Source: Azolla caroliniana
Lineage: Eukaryota; Plantae; Polypodiophyta
NCBI GenBank assembly: GCA_043228905.1
Contig: JBHGNT010000011.1
Coordinates: forward strand, 19,716,001 to 19,780,000
DNA length: 64,000 bases
Reading direction: 5' to 3'
Shown here piece after piece: positions 43,000-55,029 of the stretch. The notes under the pieces were generated by a model, which worked only from the letters and a program-made list of their open reading frames with translations, had not been told where the DNA came from and ran no database searches. Position numbers and translations under genes: made by a program. The first letter of the stretch is position 1; each line of letters opens with the position of its first letter.

Positions 43000-43930
43000 G
43001 GTAAGTGTTCAGATCCACCATTCAGATCCACCTATAGATAGTTTGAATTTGGACTTGGGTGCTTTGGACCTTGATTGACAAGAGCCTAGAGCACACATCA
43101 TGTTCATCAAGATGGACCTCTTCAATCATGTGTGTTCGAGCCATAGAAATATTGGCACTCCAAAGAGTATATAAATACATTACAAAAGTCAAGAATATGC
43201 TGAATTGCCGATTACCACATCTTGCTTGGAATGTTGGACGTAAGCTACAAAAGAATTATAAGAGTAAGATTCTCTCATCCGGTTGGGTTGTTGACATAAG
43301 GAAATGGTTTAGAAGATGGGGTGTGGATGAGCTTTTAGAGCTTTCGGGCGATGCTATGCATTATGTAATGATTGAGGAAAGGTTGGTGGAATCGTTAGGA
43401 TGAAATGGGAAGATGCTAAGAGGACAAAGCTAGAATACTATATTGCAAATGTCAACCCTAAATGTTGGTTTAAATATAAAGCAAGAATGGCTATTGATCG
43501 TATCCAACCTTATCTCATTACCAATATGAGTAGTAATGCTCGTAGAGCCCTTACACTATTTCACACTCGATCTCACAAGTTAGGTATTGAAGTTGCATCA
43601 TGGTATCAAAATATAACGAATTTGAAGACATGTAAAGTATGCAATGAAGGCATGGTAGAGGATGAATGTCACTTGCTCTTCACGTGCTCGATATATTGTG
43701 CAATTTGTTCAAGATATGATGACATACAAAGAGGGAGTGATAACTTAAGTGTCATATTTATGACACCACCTAGAAGGTTGAGCTCATATGTGTATGCTTT
43801 ATTCATGCGTAGAGACTTTGTGCTTCAATGTATGAATACCCCTTCTTAGAAAAGAGACACATATCAATACTCTGGTCCCATAGGTCAAAACTAGCCGCTT
43901 TATGGACGATAAAAATTCTTGCTCTTCTCG
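43000..43930 (+). mobile_element. 5'-truncated non-LTR retrotransposon (LINE ORF2 C-terminus)
   Basis: ALTLFHTRSHKLGIEVASW...CKVCNEGMVEDECHLLFTC (C-terminal CCHC finger); ends in gataaaaattcttgctcttc. Confidence 0.8.
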
Positions 43931-43974
43931 CCTTTCACATTTCATGATCTACTCAATGTGGTAAGTCAAGCTTG

Positions 43975-44033
<59 letters not shown>

Positions 44034-44761
44034 CAAAAGACCAAATCTATAAATAATGACCAATAAAACAAAGAGAAGGATCGTTCTTCACCATGGTTGG
44101 ATCTATCTCTCCAAGGTACACAATGCTTTGTATGTGACAATCATACCCCGACACAACACATTTCTCATAGTAAAGTATGTGAGGGGAAAAAAGAATAGTA
44201 ATCTCAAGGATATACTTGGAGGTATAAAGATGCAATGGCAATGAAGTATCTTGAATAATTAAGAACTTGCAGCATATGGGACTAGCTCATGGCTTGACAC
44301 CTATAGAATTTGGCCATTGATGTAGATAAGGTAGATAGTTAATTGGATATTATACTTCCTATTAAAACATAAGAACATGATTCTACTTTTTATGATTGTT
44401 TGGATATATATCAATATTTTGTTACACAAGAAGATGAGATTGCTCATTTCAAAGCCAAGTTGAAGGTTATTGTCTTTGGTCACAGGAGTTGAAGGATGCT
44501 AGTACAAAAAACTTTGCACAATATGTATGATAGCTCTTAGATGGATAAAACTATATCTCCTATGCTAGAGGATATGTATATGTATACATGATCACTTTTC
44601 TACGGATAAATATGGAAAGTTACATCTAAAAATGTGCAATAGTACTTGGATGTCTATCATGAACCCACATCAATTTCTTTCTCAATTGGTGTTGTCAAAA
44701 TCTCTCTCTTAAATCATTTGTCATGAGCTTAGTTGGCTCTCTCTTTCTCTTTCTCTCTCTC

Positions 44762-44950
44762 ATAATTACCTTACCCTAGTAGTAAGTTCTTAGCACTACA
44801 TTCTGGGTTTGAAACCCAACTTCCTTACCTCTCTATTATATACTTCTTATATATCTCTTAATTCACTAGATGCCACTGTGGAATGTAGGGGTTGAACCCA
44901 TGACCACCTGGTCTCCATTGGGCAACCTTACCAACTGAGCTACATCCATC
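44762..44950 (-). mobile_element. tRNA-derived SINE-like element
   Basis: Minus strand 44950-44878 reads gatggatgTAGCTCAGTTGGtaagg...catgGGTTCAACCCCtac (Pol III A and B boxes); the anticodon arm is not canonical; an AT-rich body follows and ends in (GA)n. Confidence 0.65.
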
Positions 44951-44970
44951 TGGGCTCTCTCTCTCTCTCT

Positions 44971-45198
44971 TTTGGTGAAAACACACAATTATATTAATAA
45001 ATGTGTGTTAAAAACACTACTTACTATGGGTGTGACAATGGAGTCTGGTCACCCAATAACTACACTACACTACACTACACTACATGGGTAGTGGAAGATG
45101 TTGAATAGCCAATCGGCAAGACAAACACTCCACTCAGGAAAGAATTTCCACTTGCTCCAATAAAAAAATTGCCACATTAGTACTCCCTTCAACTTTCG
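44971..45198 (-). mobile_element. Short 3'-terminal L1-like LINE fragment related to 53401-54976
   Basis: Shares the terminus tttggt.aaa.cacacaattatattaat with 53401 and a homologous C-terminal peptide (LLEQVEILS...LAIQHLPLP vs MFEHVEIIS...IALQNVPLP). Confidence 0.75.
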
Positions 45199-45894
45199 TC
45201 TCTCTCACTCTCTCACACACACAACCACAATGTGCACTCTCGATTGCAACATTCATTGGTAATGTTCTTGAACATCGAGAGTCGCTACTCACTTTCACAC
45301 GTATCACGTGAAATGTAATATTTTTGGTCTCATAGGTCATATTTGACCTCCGAAGACGATAATATAATCTATCTCTCGCTCTCTCTCATGTACTTACAAA
45401 ATCTGTTGTGAAGAAGAAGAGAAAAAAGAGGTGGTATGATTCTTTGAGTCCTCCCAACCTTAGAGCATGCCTTCATATACTAAGCCTTCACAAGAAGGTT
45501 CGTTGTCCACCTCTATGTGGCATGCAATCAACAATTAAAACCATGTTAACATTGATAAGTTATGCCCCTAGATAAAAGAGGGGGTTTTAGTAGTTTTTTG
45601 TCTTTAATGTTTTGATGCATGTCATCCCGAGCTTGGACAAATGGGTAATGTGCATCCATTACCTTTACTTTTGCCACACTCGTGAACTTCCATCATTCCA
45701 TTAGACACTCTGGTTGAATGGGCCTAGAATCTAGACTCTCTAATCCGTATATTGAATCATATTAGAATTAGAGATGGAGTAAAATGTCGTGGTGGATCAC
45801 GACCATAGGAGGAAAGGGGAGTCGGATGCGCATGAACGGGGTGTGCAAGGATGAACACGGACTAGGGCTTATGTACATAAAACATATATGTAAA

Positions 45895-46523
45895 TACCGA
45901 GGTCTAATAAGTACTCAACAAAGATAGCTTATTCGGTACTTTAAGTATCCCATAAAAAGAGGGGAATAATAGGATATGATGGGAGTAAATCGTGTGAGGG
46001 ATTGCTGACAAGAGTGGGTGTCATCAATGTTGATGTAACTGACCTCCCCTTCTACTATAAAAAGGGAGGAACAGTTCTGTTTCGGGGATCCATCATTTTA
46101 GAGGGAGAAGTGTTGTCGGTTTGAGATTCAAAGCTTTGTCATTCTCCCTACTTTCACTCTGTACCTATCATGTGTTCATGACCATTATGGCGTCACCCGA
46201 ACTGAACCTACCAAGGTCTAATAAGTACTCGACAAAGATAGTTTATTTGGTACTTTAAGTATCCCATAAAAAGAGGGGAATAATAGGATATGATGGGAGT
46301 AAATCGTGTGAGGGATTGCTGACAAGAGTGGGTGTCATCAATGTTGATGTAACCGACCTCCCCTTCTACTATAAAAAGGGAGGAACGGTTCTGTTTCAGG
46401 GATCCATCATTTTAGTGGCAGAAGTGTTGTCGGTTTGAGATCCGGAGCTTTGTCATTCTCCCTACTTTCACTCTGTACCTATCATGTGTTCATAACCATT
46501 ATGGTGTCACCCGAACTTGAACC
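45895..46523. repeat. 314-bp tandem duplication spanning an LTR-like sequence and the first ~20 bp of the chromovirus LTR
   Basis: Units 45895-46208 and 46209-46523 are nearly identical; both end in gtcacccgaact(t)gaaccta. Confidence 0.92.
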
Positions 46524-46917
46524 TAGGACCTTATAATCCATGCTTGAAAACCTCAACCATTAAGATAGCTTTTTGTCACATGAGAGGGTAAAAGCTATCT
46601 TTTGTATTACATTGATTATTGTAAAAACTTTGGATCATTCCAAAATGTTCTAGAATGTCCCAGAACATTCTAGAACATTATAGAAATCTCTAAGTTATTC
46701 TATAGGAACCTATAAATAGGGGCATACATGTATTCTCAAATCAATTCAAATGAACACCAGTCTTTAGCTCTCATTACATATCTTGTATCCATTCTCTTTC
46801 TTTTTCTATCTTAATACACCCATTCTTCTCTTAGCATTTTGTTCCTTTCTTCTCGTGTTCCCTTATATCCTTCTTCTAGCACTCTATCTTTTATTCTTGG
46901 TTTTGACAGTTTGATTC

Positions 46918-46968
<51 letters not shown>

Positions 46969-49900
46969 CTCCTTTATAACCATCACGAAACTATGGCCGC
47001 CATCAACTCAGAAGAATATCTCACCCTTGTTGCAGAAATGGAGAATCTTAAATCCAAGTTCGCATCACTTGAAGTAGAGAATCAACGTCTACTTGGGGAT
47101 CTACAAAAGGTTACTATAGAGAAGCAACAACAACAAGAGGAGTTCACGCGACGGGTTTAATAGTTAGAGTTGACAATTGTAGTGTTACAACAACAAAGGG
47201 TCGATAGTCAAGGACTTATCAAGGAGCCCAAAATCAACCTCCTGTCACAGACATGAAAGCAATTATGTCAAGATTCGAACTCATAACCTCTTGTATTATA
47301 GTCAAGTGTTATGTTGTAACCAATACATTCAAATACATGGTCATGTTATATATATCTTAGTAAATTATTAGTAGATTATTTATTTCAAGCTCTAGGAGTT
47401 TTTAGAAAGTTCTAGAAGTAGAAGGTTCTAGAATATTATCCAAAATATTCTAATGCATGTACTTCAAATCACAGTATAAATACTTGTAACCTCCTTGGTC
47501 CCTTTCAAGGGATTCAAACTGTCACGGACATACCAAGCGTGGACTAGGACGGAGCACAAATGATAGTGCTACAAGCGACGGATGAACTTAGAGCTAGATG
47601 TGACACAAGAGTATGAAGATAGACATGAAGATCAATGAGACAACGATGAGGCGAAACAAGGGTTGCATAGTCGCCCACCCATTTGTGTTCGAGTTCTCGG
47701 TGAGGGCCGCATGGTCACTCACTCCCGTTCAGCTCATCCTTGCACCATGATGCTTTCGAAAAGGCGGCCGTAAAGGGGATGATAATGTCACAAACATGAA
47801 AATAATTATGTCAAGATTCAAACTCTTAACCTCTTGTATTATAGTCAAGTGTTATGTTGTAACCAATACATCCAAATACATGGCCATGTTATATATATAG
47901 CTTAGTAGATTACTATTAGATTATTTATTTCAAGTTCTAGGAGTTTTTAGAAAGTTCTAGAAGTAGAAGGTTCTAGAATATTATCCAGAATATTATAATG
48001 CATGTACTTCAAATCACAGTATAAATACTTGTAACCTCCTTGGTCCCTCTTAAGGGATTCAATGCTAGTCATTGACACATCAATCTAGTATTCTTGTTTC
48101 GCCTCATCCTTGCCTCATTGATCTTCATTTCTATCTTCATACTCTTGTGTCACATCTAGCTCCAAGTTCATACATTAGCTTGTAGCCCTATCATCTGTGC
48201 TCCGTCCTAGTCTGCACTTGCTATGTCCGTGACACCTCCCAACTAAATTTGATGGTTCGAGGGTGCATTTCTGAGGTTTCTTGAATCAAGTACGGTTGGT
48301 TATTCAAATGCATCCCACGTGTTATCTGACAGATGCATCACGAGTCGGGTTAGTGGGCACCTTATTGACTGGCATAACGTTGTCGTGGTTTGGTCCATTG
48401 CTAGAGACAAATTCTCCTCTACTAATTCATAATTTTGAGGAATTTATCAAAGAATTTAAGGCTTGCTTCGGAGATACTGATGGGGGGAGAACAACAATCA
48501 ACAAGATTTGTACACTACATCAAGGTGATCAGCCAACATCGACATATGCAACCAATTTTCGTCTCATCGCAAGCGATATTCCTTGGGATGAACAAGCCCT
48601 AATGGAGCAATTCCGTTCCGGCCTTCATAGTGATGTGAAAGACTTACTTCTTACCTTCCCTGAAGACCCAAGTTCACTTACATAAACTATTAGTCGAGCA
48701 ATACGGTGTGATAATTACCTTTTCTAGCGTCTATGTGAGCAAGAACAACAAATAACAAGATCAAGATTCACACCAACTTATGCATCAGTAATGGTGCAAT
48801 CATCTCCAAGGCAACATATAGCCCTACTCCAACTCCAAGGCAAACACGTAGTCCAATCCCAATGATAGTCCTACACCCATGGAGATCGATATGACTCAAC
48901 GACGAGGACTACTGTTGGACAAAGAGAGGCAACGACGCCAAGCAAACCGTTTGTGCTTATATTGCGGAGGTTCAGGACATATAGCCATTCATTGCTCCCA
49001 CAGGCCGAGATGTCGGGTAAATCAAATTCACTATGACAAAAAAAATGAGTCCAACATTTTAGAAATAGTTAGTGAATCTAATATTATGAATAATCCACCC
49101 TTGTCCAATAAGTTTGAAATGCTAAGCCAATTAGAAGAGGAGTCAAATGAATAAGTCCAGCCAAAATAGGAGCCATTTGGTTAGACAACCCTAGATATGT
49201 ACAACCTAGCCTAGTGTAGGTTCCATTTCTTCCAAGCATGTTAGTAGAGTCTTCTCATCCCAAGTACAAGTTAGGACACCGAGTTGTCAACTTCAGGTTC
49301 AAGCCCTCGTAGATACTGGAGCCAATTCTTGTTTCATGGATAGAGTTTTTGCCCAAAAACACCAAATATCCTTGCATACACTTCCTTGTCCTGTTTCCAT
49401 AGTAGTGACTGATGGACGTCCCATAGCTTCCGGGAAGATATTCGAAGAGTCTAAGCCAATACAAATGCTCTTAGGTGATTTAGGATGTGTAGTTTCCTTT
49501 AACATATCCGTAGTCCTGAGCATCCAATTGTCCTCGGTTTGCCATGGTTCGAGCTACATAACTCTAGAATAGATTGTAGGAAGCGAGAAATTTGGTGCCC
49601 TTCAGCAAAAAATATCATTGCCAAGGATGGAACTCAAGATTATTCTCTTAAAGAATATAGTTGTACCAATGCACCATCTCCTTTTCATCAAATTTCATCC
49701 ACCACATTGCAACAATTGTGCCAAGTGGGAGGCAAGGAGGACCTTCTCTTATTTGCAGTATCAATGACACCTTCTAGTGCTACTCACAGGAATTCAAACA
49801 TCCAAATTCCCAAAAAATATCAAGAGTATGCTGATGTTTTCGACAAAGTCAAAGCTAGTGTTCTTCCAAAGCATTGGTCGTACGACTGTCCTATTGACCT

Positions 49901-52900
49901 CCAACTAGGAACAGAGCCATCGTGGGGTCCGATTTACAATTTTTCACGAACTGAACTTGAGGTTCTTCGAGAATACATCGAGGGGAATCTTGCACATGGG
50001 TTTATTCAACATTCAAAGTCTCCAACTGGTGCTCCTATCATTTTTGTGAAGAAAAATGACAGCTTCCTTCGTTTGGTCGTGGACTATCGAGGCTTTAATA
50101 AACTCACCATAAGGAATAAGTATGCTCTACCTTTAATCTCCAATCTTTTAGAGCGCATTGGTGGGGCAAAGCATTTTACCAAAATTGATCTAAAGGGTGC
50201 ATATAATCTTGTTCGAATTCACCTGGGAGATGAGTGGAAAACTATATTTCGTACTCGGTATGGTCATTTCGAGTATACAGTCATGTCTTTCTGGCTCACA
50301 AATGCACCAACAGTTTTTCAACATATGGCAAATGACATTTTCTGGGATTTCTTAGATATCTTTCTCATCATCTACCTAGATGATCTATTGATTTACTCTA
50401 AAACACAGGAGGAGCATGATATACATGTGCGGAAAGTACTTGAATGCCTAAGAAAGTATGGTCTTTATGTCAAACTTGAGAAATGCAGTTTTGACTGCAA
50501 ACAAGACAAATTTTTGGGATACAATATTTCATCCAAGGATTTTTTCATGGATCTGGCAAAAGTCCAAACAATATTGGAATGGAAACCCCCATGCTCAGTT
50601 CGGGACATCTAGTGTTTCATCGGATTTGCCAGCTTCTATCGCAAATTCATACGTAATTATTCAAGCATTGTGTTGCCCCTCACCCAACTCACCAAGAAAA
50701 ATCAAGCATTTTTTTGGAGTATCGAAGTGGACAAGGCTTTTACTCAACTGAAAGAGGCATTCACATCAGCACCTATCCAAGCGCATATTGATCCCGAAAT
50801 CTCGAAAAGCCATTTACTATTGAGGTGGATGCGTCAAACTTTGCATTGGGGAGTGTCCTATCGTAACCAGGCGAGGACGGGCAGACTCATCCAGTCGCAT
50901 TTCACTAGTTGTGGAGATAAACTATGAGGTGCATGACAAGGAGTTACTAACTTTGTGGTAGACTCATTCAAGTAATGACGACATTTCCTAGAAGGATCGC
51001 CTCATCATATTATCATTTATAATGATCACAAAAATCTCACATATTTTCAAACAGCTTGAGTATTAAATAGACGACAAGCTCGGTGGGCTCAATTTCTAAC
51101 GTGTTTCGATTTCAAGATCATTTTTCGCCCAGGAAAACAACAAGGGAGAGCAGATGCTTTGTCTCGACATTTGTATCTAGCACTTCCACCTAGAGATCCG
51201 GCTTTCGACAATCAAAAGCAGATTCTCCTTGGGTCATCAAAGGTACATGCAACAACAATTTATGCCACGCCACTTGATTCAAGCCTTCTTGAAACTATTC
51301 GGCAACAATTTCACTTCGATGATTTCACTAAGGATGTCTCAGCCCACATTGGCTCAAGTCGTCCATCTTGCTCCACATTGCAAGGGTCATCTCAACATTA
51401 TCAAGACTTCAAGTAGCAAGATGGATTACTCTTCTATAAGAATCTCCTTTACGTCCCTGACGGATCACCACGACTTCAAGTGTTAGAAAATTGTTATGAT
51501 CCCCTCATGGCTGGACATTTTGGTATTGCCAAGACCATTGAGTTGGTGAAACGTTCATTTTGGTGGCCTCACTTGCAAAAATTTGTCAAAGATTACGTTC
51601 GCACATGTGACACATGCTATCGCGCCAAAATACCTAGGCATCATCCTTATGGCTTACTACAACCATTACCACCTCCCAGCAAGCCATGTTAGTCTATTTC
51701 TATGGATTTCATTACGGACCCGCCACCTTCCAAAGGCTTTCATACTATTTTAACAGTAGCGGATCGGTTCACCAAGATGGCACAATTTGTATTGTGTGTA
51801 AGACCATCAGTAGTGAAGAAACTGCAAATCTCATTATGCGTGAAGTGTTTCGCCATTATGGTCTTCCAAATAATATTATTAGCGATTGAGGTCCTCAATT
51901 TATCTCACACTTTTGGAAGCACCTATGGGCATGCCTCAAAATCTCCTGCAAACTCTCTTCGGCTTATCATCCACAAACAGACGGACAAATAGAGCGCACA
52001 AATCAAACGCTCGAGCAGTATCTTTGATGCTTTATCAGTTATCAAGAAGATGATTGGAGTAATATTTTACATCTTACCGAGTTTGACACAATACACTCTT
52101 CTACCAAAGTTACACTTTTATTTGCCTACACTGCCAACCACCCTCGATGGTGTATCCTAGATCTTCCCGAGGTGTCATGAAACCCTAGTGCGGCGCATCA
52201 CCTCCACCGACTACAACAAATCCAGTTCGAGTTATCTTCCCATCTTCAACAAGCGCAAGCACACCATAAGGCCAATGCAAATCGGCATCGTCTTAAGTCT
52301 CCTTTTAAGGTTGGTGATTGAGTATGGTTGTTTCGTCGTCACATCAAGACTACCCAACTGTGTTCTAAGCTCAATTATCAACGCTGAGGTCCTTTTGTCA
52401 TCACATCGCGGATTAATGATGCAACATTTCTTCTTAACCTTCCAACACAGATGCAGCTTCACCCAGTCTTTCATAGCTCTCTTTTGGAACCTTGCCGCAC
52501 CTCTTTAATTCCTAATCATGTCGTGCCACCACCGCCTTCTGTCCAACTTGTTGACGGCCCTGAATACGAGGATTGAAAACTTCAAACATTAAGATAGTTT
52601 ATTATCACATGAGAGGATAAAAGCTACCTTTTGTATTACATTGATTATTGTAAAAACTCTAGATCATTCCAGAATGTTCTAGAATGTCCTAGAATGTTAT
52701 AGAAATCTCTAAGCTATTCTATAGGAACCTATAAATAGGGGCATACATGTATTCTCAAATCAATTCGAATGAACACCAATCTTTAGCTCTCATTACATAT
52801 CTTGTAGACATTCTCTTTCTTTTTCTATCTTAATACACCCATTATTCTCTTAGCATTTCGTTCCTTTCTTCTCGTGTTCTCTTATATCCTTCTTCCATCA

Positions 52901-52927
52901 CTCTATCTTTTATTCTTGGTTCTGACA
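46505..52927 (+). mobile_element. Ty3/gypsy chromovirus-type (Tcn1-like) LTR retrotransposon, decayed
   Basis: 5' LTR 46505-46908 (TGTCA...TGACA); 3' LTR ~52574-52927 lacks its first ~40 bp, the PPT and most of the chromodomain. Gag CLYCGGSGHIAIHC, protease LVDTGA, RT YLDDLL, integrase GHFGIAKT and ISMDFITD; many stops. Confidence 0.93.
47243..48234 (+). mobile_element. ~1-kb non-coding LTR element with a rearranged 5' LTR, nested in gag
   Basis: TSD CCTCC at 47238-47242 and 48235-48239; removal restores KEPKINLPTKFDG. Structure: U3 (47243-47517), inverted U5 (47520-47660), short internal part with PPT (aaggggatgataa), full LTR 47787-48234. Confidence 0.92.
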
Positions 52928-53351
52928 ATACCAATTCGGAAGGAAGGTGAGGCCTTTGTTTGCATAGAAAGCCCGTGTCCTCCCGACCAAAGGCCCACCG
53001 TTCCGCTTGTGTGCGTGTGTGTGCAGAGCTCGAAGCTCTGTTACGGGCCGAGTTCGGTTGTACTCTTTCTATTATTGTTTAATCGATTTATCTTGTTGCA
53101 TCCAATCTTCTCTGTTTCATGCACGCCTCTTGATTTCTACCACATTCTCATATTTGTTTCCTCCTTTACCCGTGTGTATACCCGAGAGTTTGAGCCCACG
53201 CACTCTTCCTTCGGTGTCCGACGTCTGATCCGGAATAGCATACGCGTCTAAGCCTGTGTGCTCATCATCCGGTGTCCGATGAGCAGATCCAGAACGGTCA
53301 TGTGCTCGGACCATTTACCGGCAAGATATTCGGAGATCGATCCGGATAAAC

Positions 53352-53352
<1 letters not shown>
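52928..53352. mobile_element. LTR-like fragment, possibly the 3' part of the LTR-like sequence at ~45785-46504
   Basis: CpG-rich, pyrimidine-rich U5-like composition; the upstream part has ctataaaagggagg. No TSD supports the join. Confidence 0.35.
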
Positions 53353-53400
<48 letters not shown>

Positions 53401-53404
<4 letters not shown>

Positions 53405-54973
53405 GGTAAAAGCACACAATTATATTAATTGTATGTAAAATCCACTTAGTTACAACACTTCTTAGTCTCCTCTACCTATCATATGTTTATGTAGGGAGAG
53501 GGACGTTCTGTAATGCTATTAAAAAACTTGAATATACATTTGAGGAAATGATCTCCACATGCTCAAACATCCAAAAATTCCATATAAGAATACTTATAAG
53601 CTTCTTTATATAGGCTTTCACCCCATGTCTATTATCAAACATGAAAGCATTACACATATTCCAATTGTGTTGTAGACCCCAATAACGTAAAAATTGGAAC
53701 AATATCTCCATCTCATCATTTGAACCATTTTGACCATATTGAGAAAAAACCCATTGTTGAGGTCTCAAACAACAATAGGTTAAAACTTGCCAAATGTCCG
53801 ATAAGTACTTCCAAATGGTACACGTTATAAGACATTTAATGAACCTATGTGTACTATCCTCCAATGGAACGGTGCAAAAGAAACAAGTGCTAGACCCTAG
53901 TCCTCGTCTCTTTAATGCCGAACCTAATGGGAGCCCACCAATCATGACTCTCCATATGTATACCTTTGCACGAAATGATAGATGGGAATGCCAACTACGT
54001 GGTAATATTTTCCACCACCTTGCATCTGACTTACATACATTCCACAACTTTGTTGCATTAGGAGATAGCCAAGATAATGATGTCATCGCATGATGATACA
54101 ATATATTTGTAGTGACCTGTAACAAGCATGTACCATCTTGTAACAGTCAATCACCCAAGGTGCAAAATTTGTTTTCAATGGCAAAGATCCTTGCAACAAT
54201 GGAATATCTTGTCATTTCTCCCAAATAAATCCATAATTTGGGGGAATATATAACCATTGCTTGACATCTTCAAAATCCGACAACCTTTGAGATTCATTAT
54301 CAACCATATCTTCCAAATGTAAAATCCCCAATTTAAATAAAAGATTGAATTAAGATCTCAACTTTTCTTTCCCATGCCAAAACAACACTCAAGAAGAAGC
54401 AAGCAATTCATTTTGTAATGAATTACAGTATTCTCGATCACTTGATGGTCCCCATTCAAAAAGAGATAATGCATCTTGCCACGATCTTACCAAATGTTGT
54501 CCACATACAGAATGTCGAATCTTTAGAGGAATACTTCCATTGAGTAATGACCACCAGGATGCTTGAATCTTTGTTTTCTCGTGCACCAATCCTTCATGCT
54601 CAATAAAATATTGCATCATAGATATCCATGGTTGATCTTGTTGACATATATCTCGTAATAATGCAAATCTACGAGTCATCAAATGCCTTTCCAAATCCAA
54701 TATTGCTGCACCACCTAACCTTTTAGGAGTAGCCAAATGGTCCCATGAAATCCATGTAACTCTTCCGCTACAACATGAACCGAATAGGTTATAAAATGTT
54801 TTGTAATGCCTTCTTAGTCCAAGGTAGTAAAGGCAAAAAATATAATAACATGGGTATCAAGATACATTGCACCACTTTGAGCCGTACATGAAAGGGCCAT
54901 AATTGAGACTTCTAATACATAAATTTGTCCTTCAATTTAATATCAATCCAATCAATCAATTGAACATTTGTAA

Positions 54974-54976
<3 letters not shown>
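53401..54976 (-). mobile_element. 5'-truncated L1-like LINE inside a (CT)n tract
   Basis: ISWDHLATPKRLGG (post-RT motif) and zf-RVT-like KVYIWRVMIGGLP...CFFCTVPLEDSTHRFIKC; flanked by (CT)n at 53355-53400 and 54977-55026. Confidence 0.88.

Positions 54977-55029
<53 letters not shown>

Noticed and set aside
44878-44950. Possible functional tRNA gene
   Set aside because: A and B boxes are present but there is no canonical anticodon arm or clean cloverleaf; treated as a SINE head.
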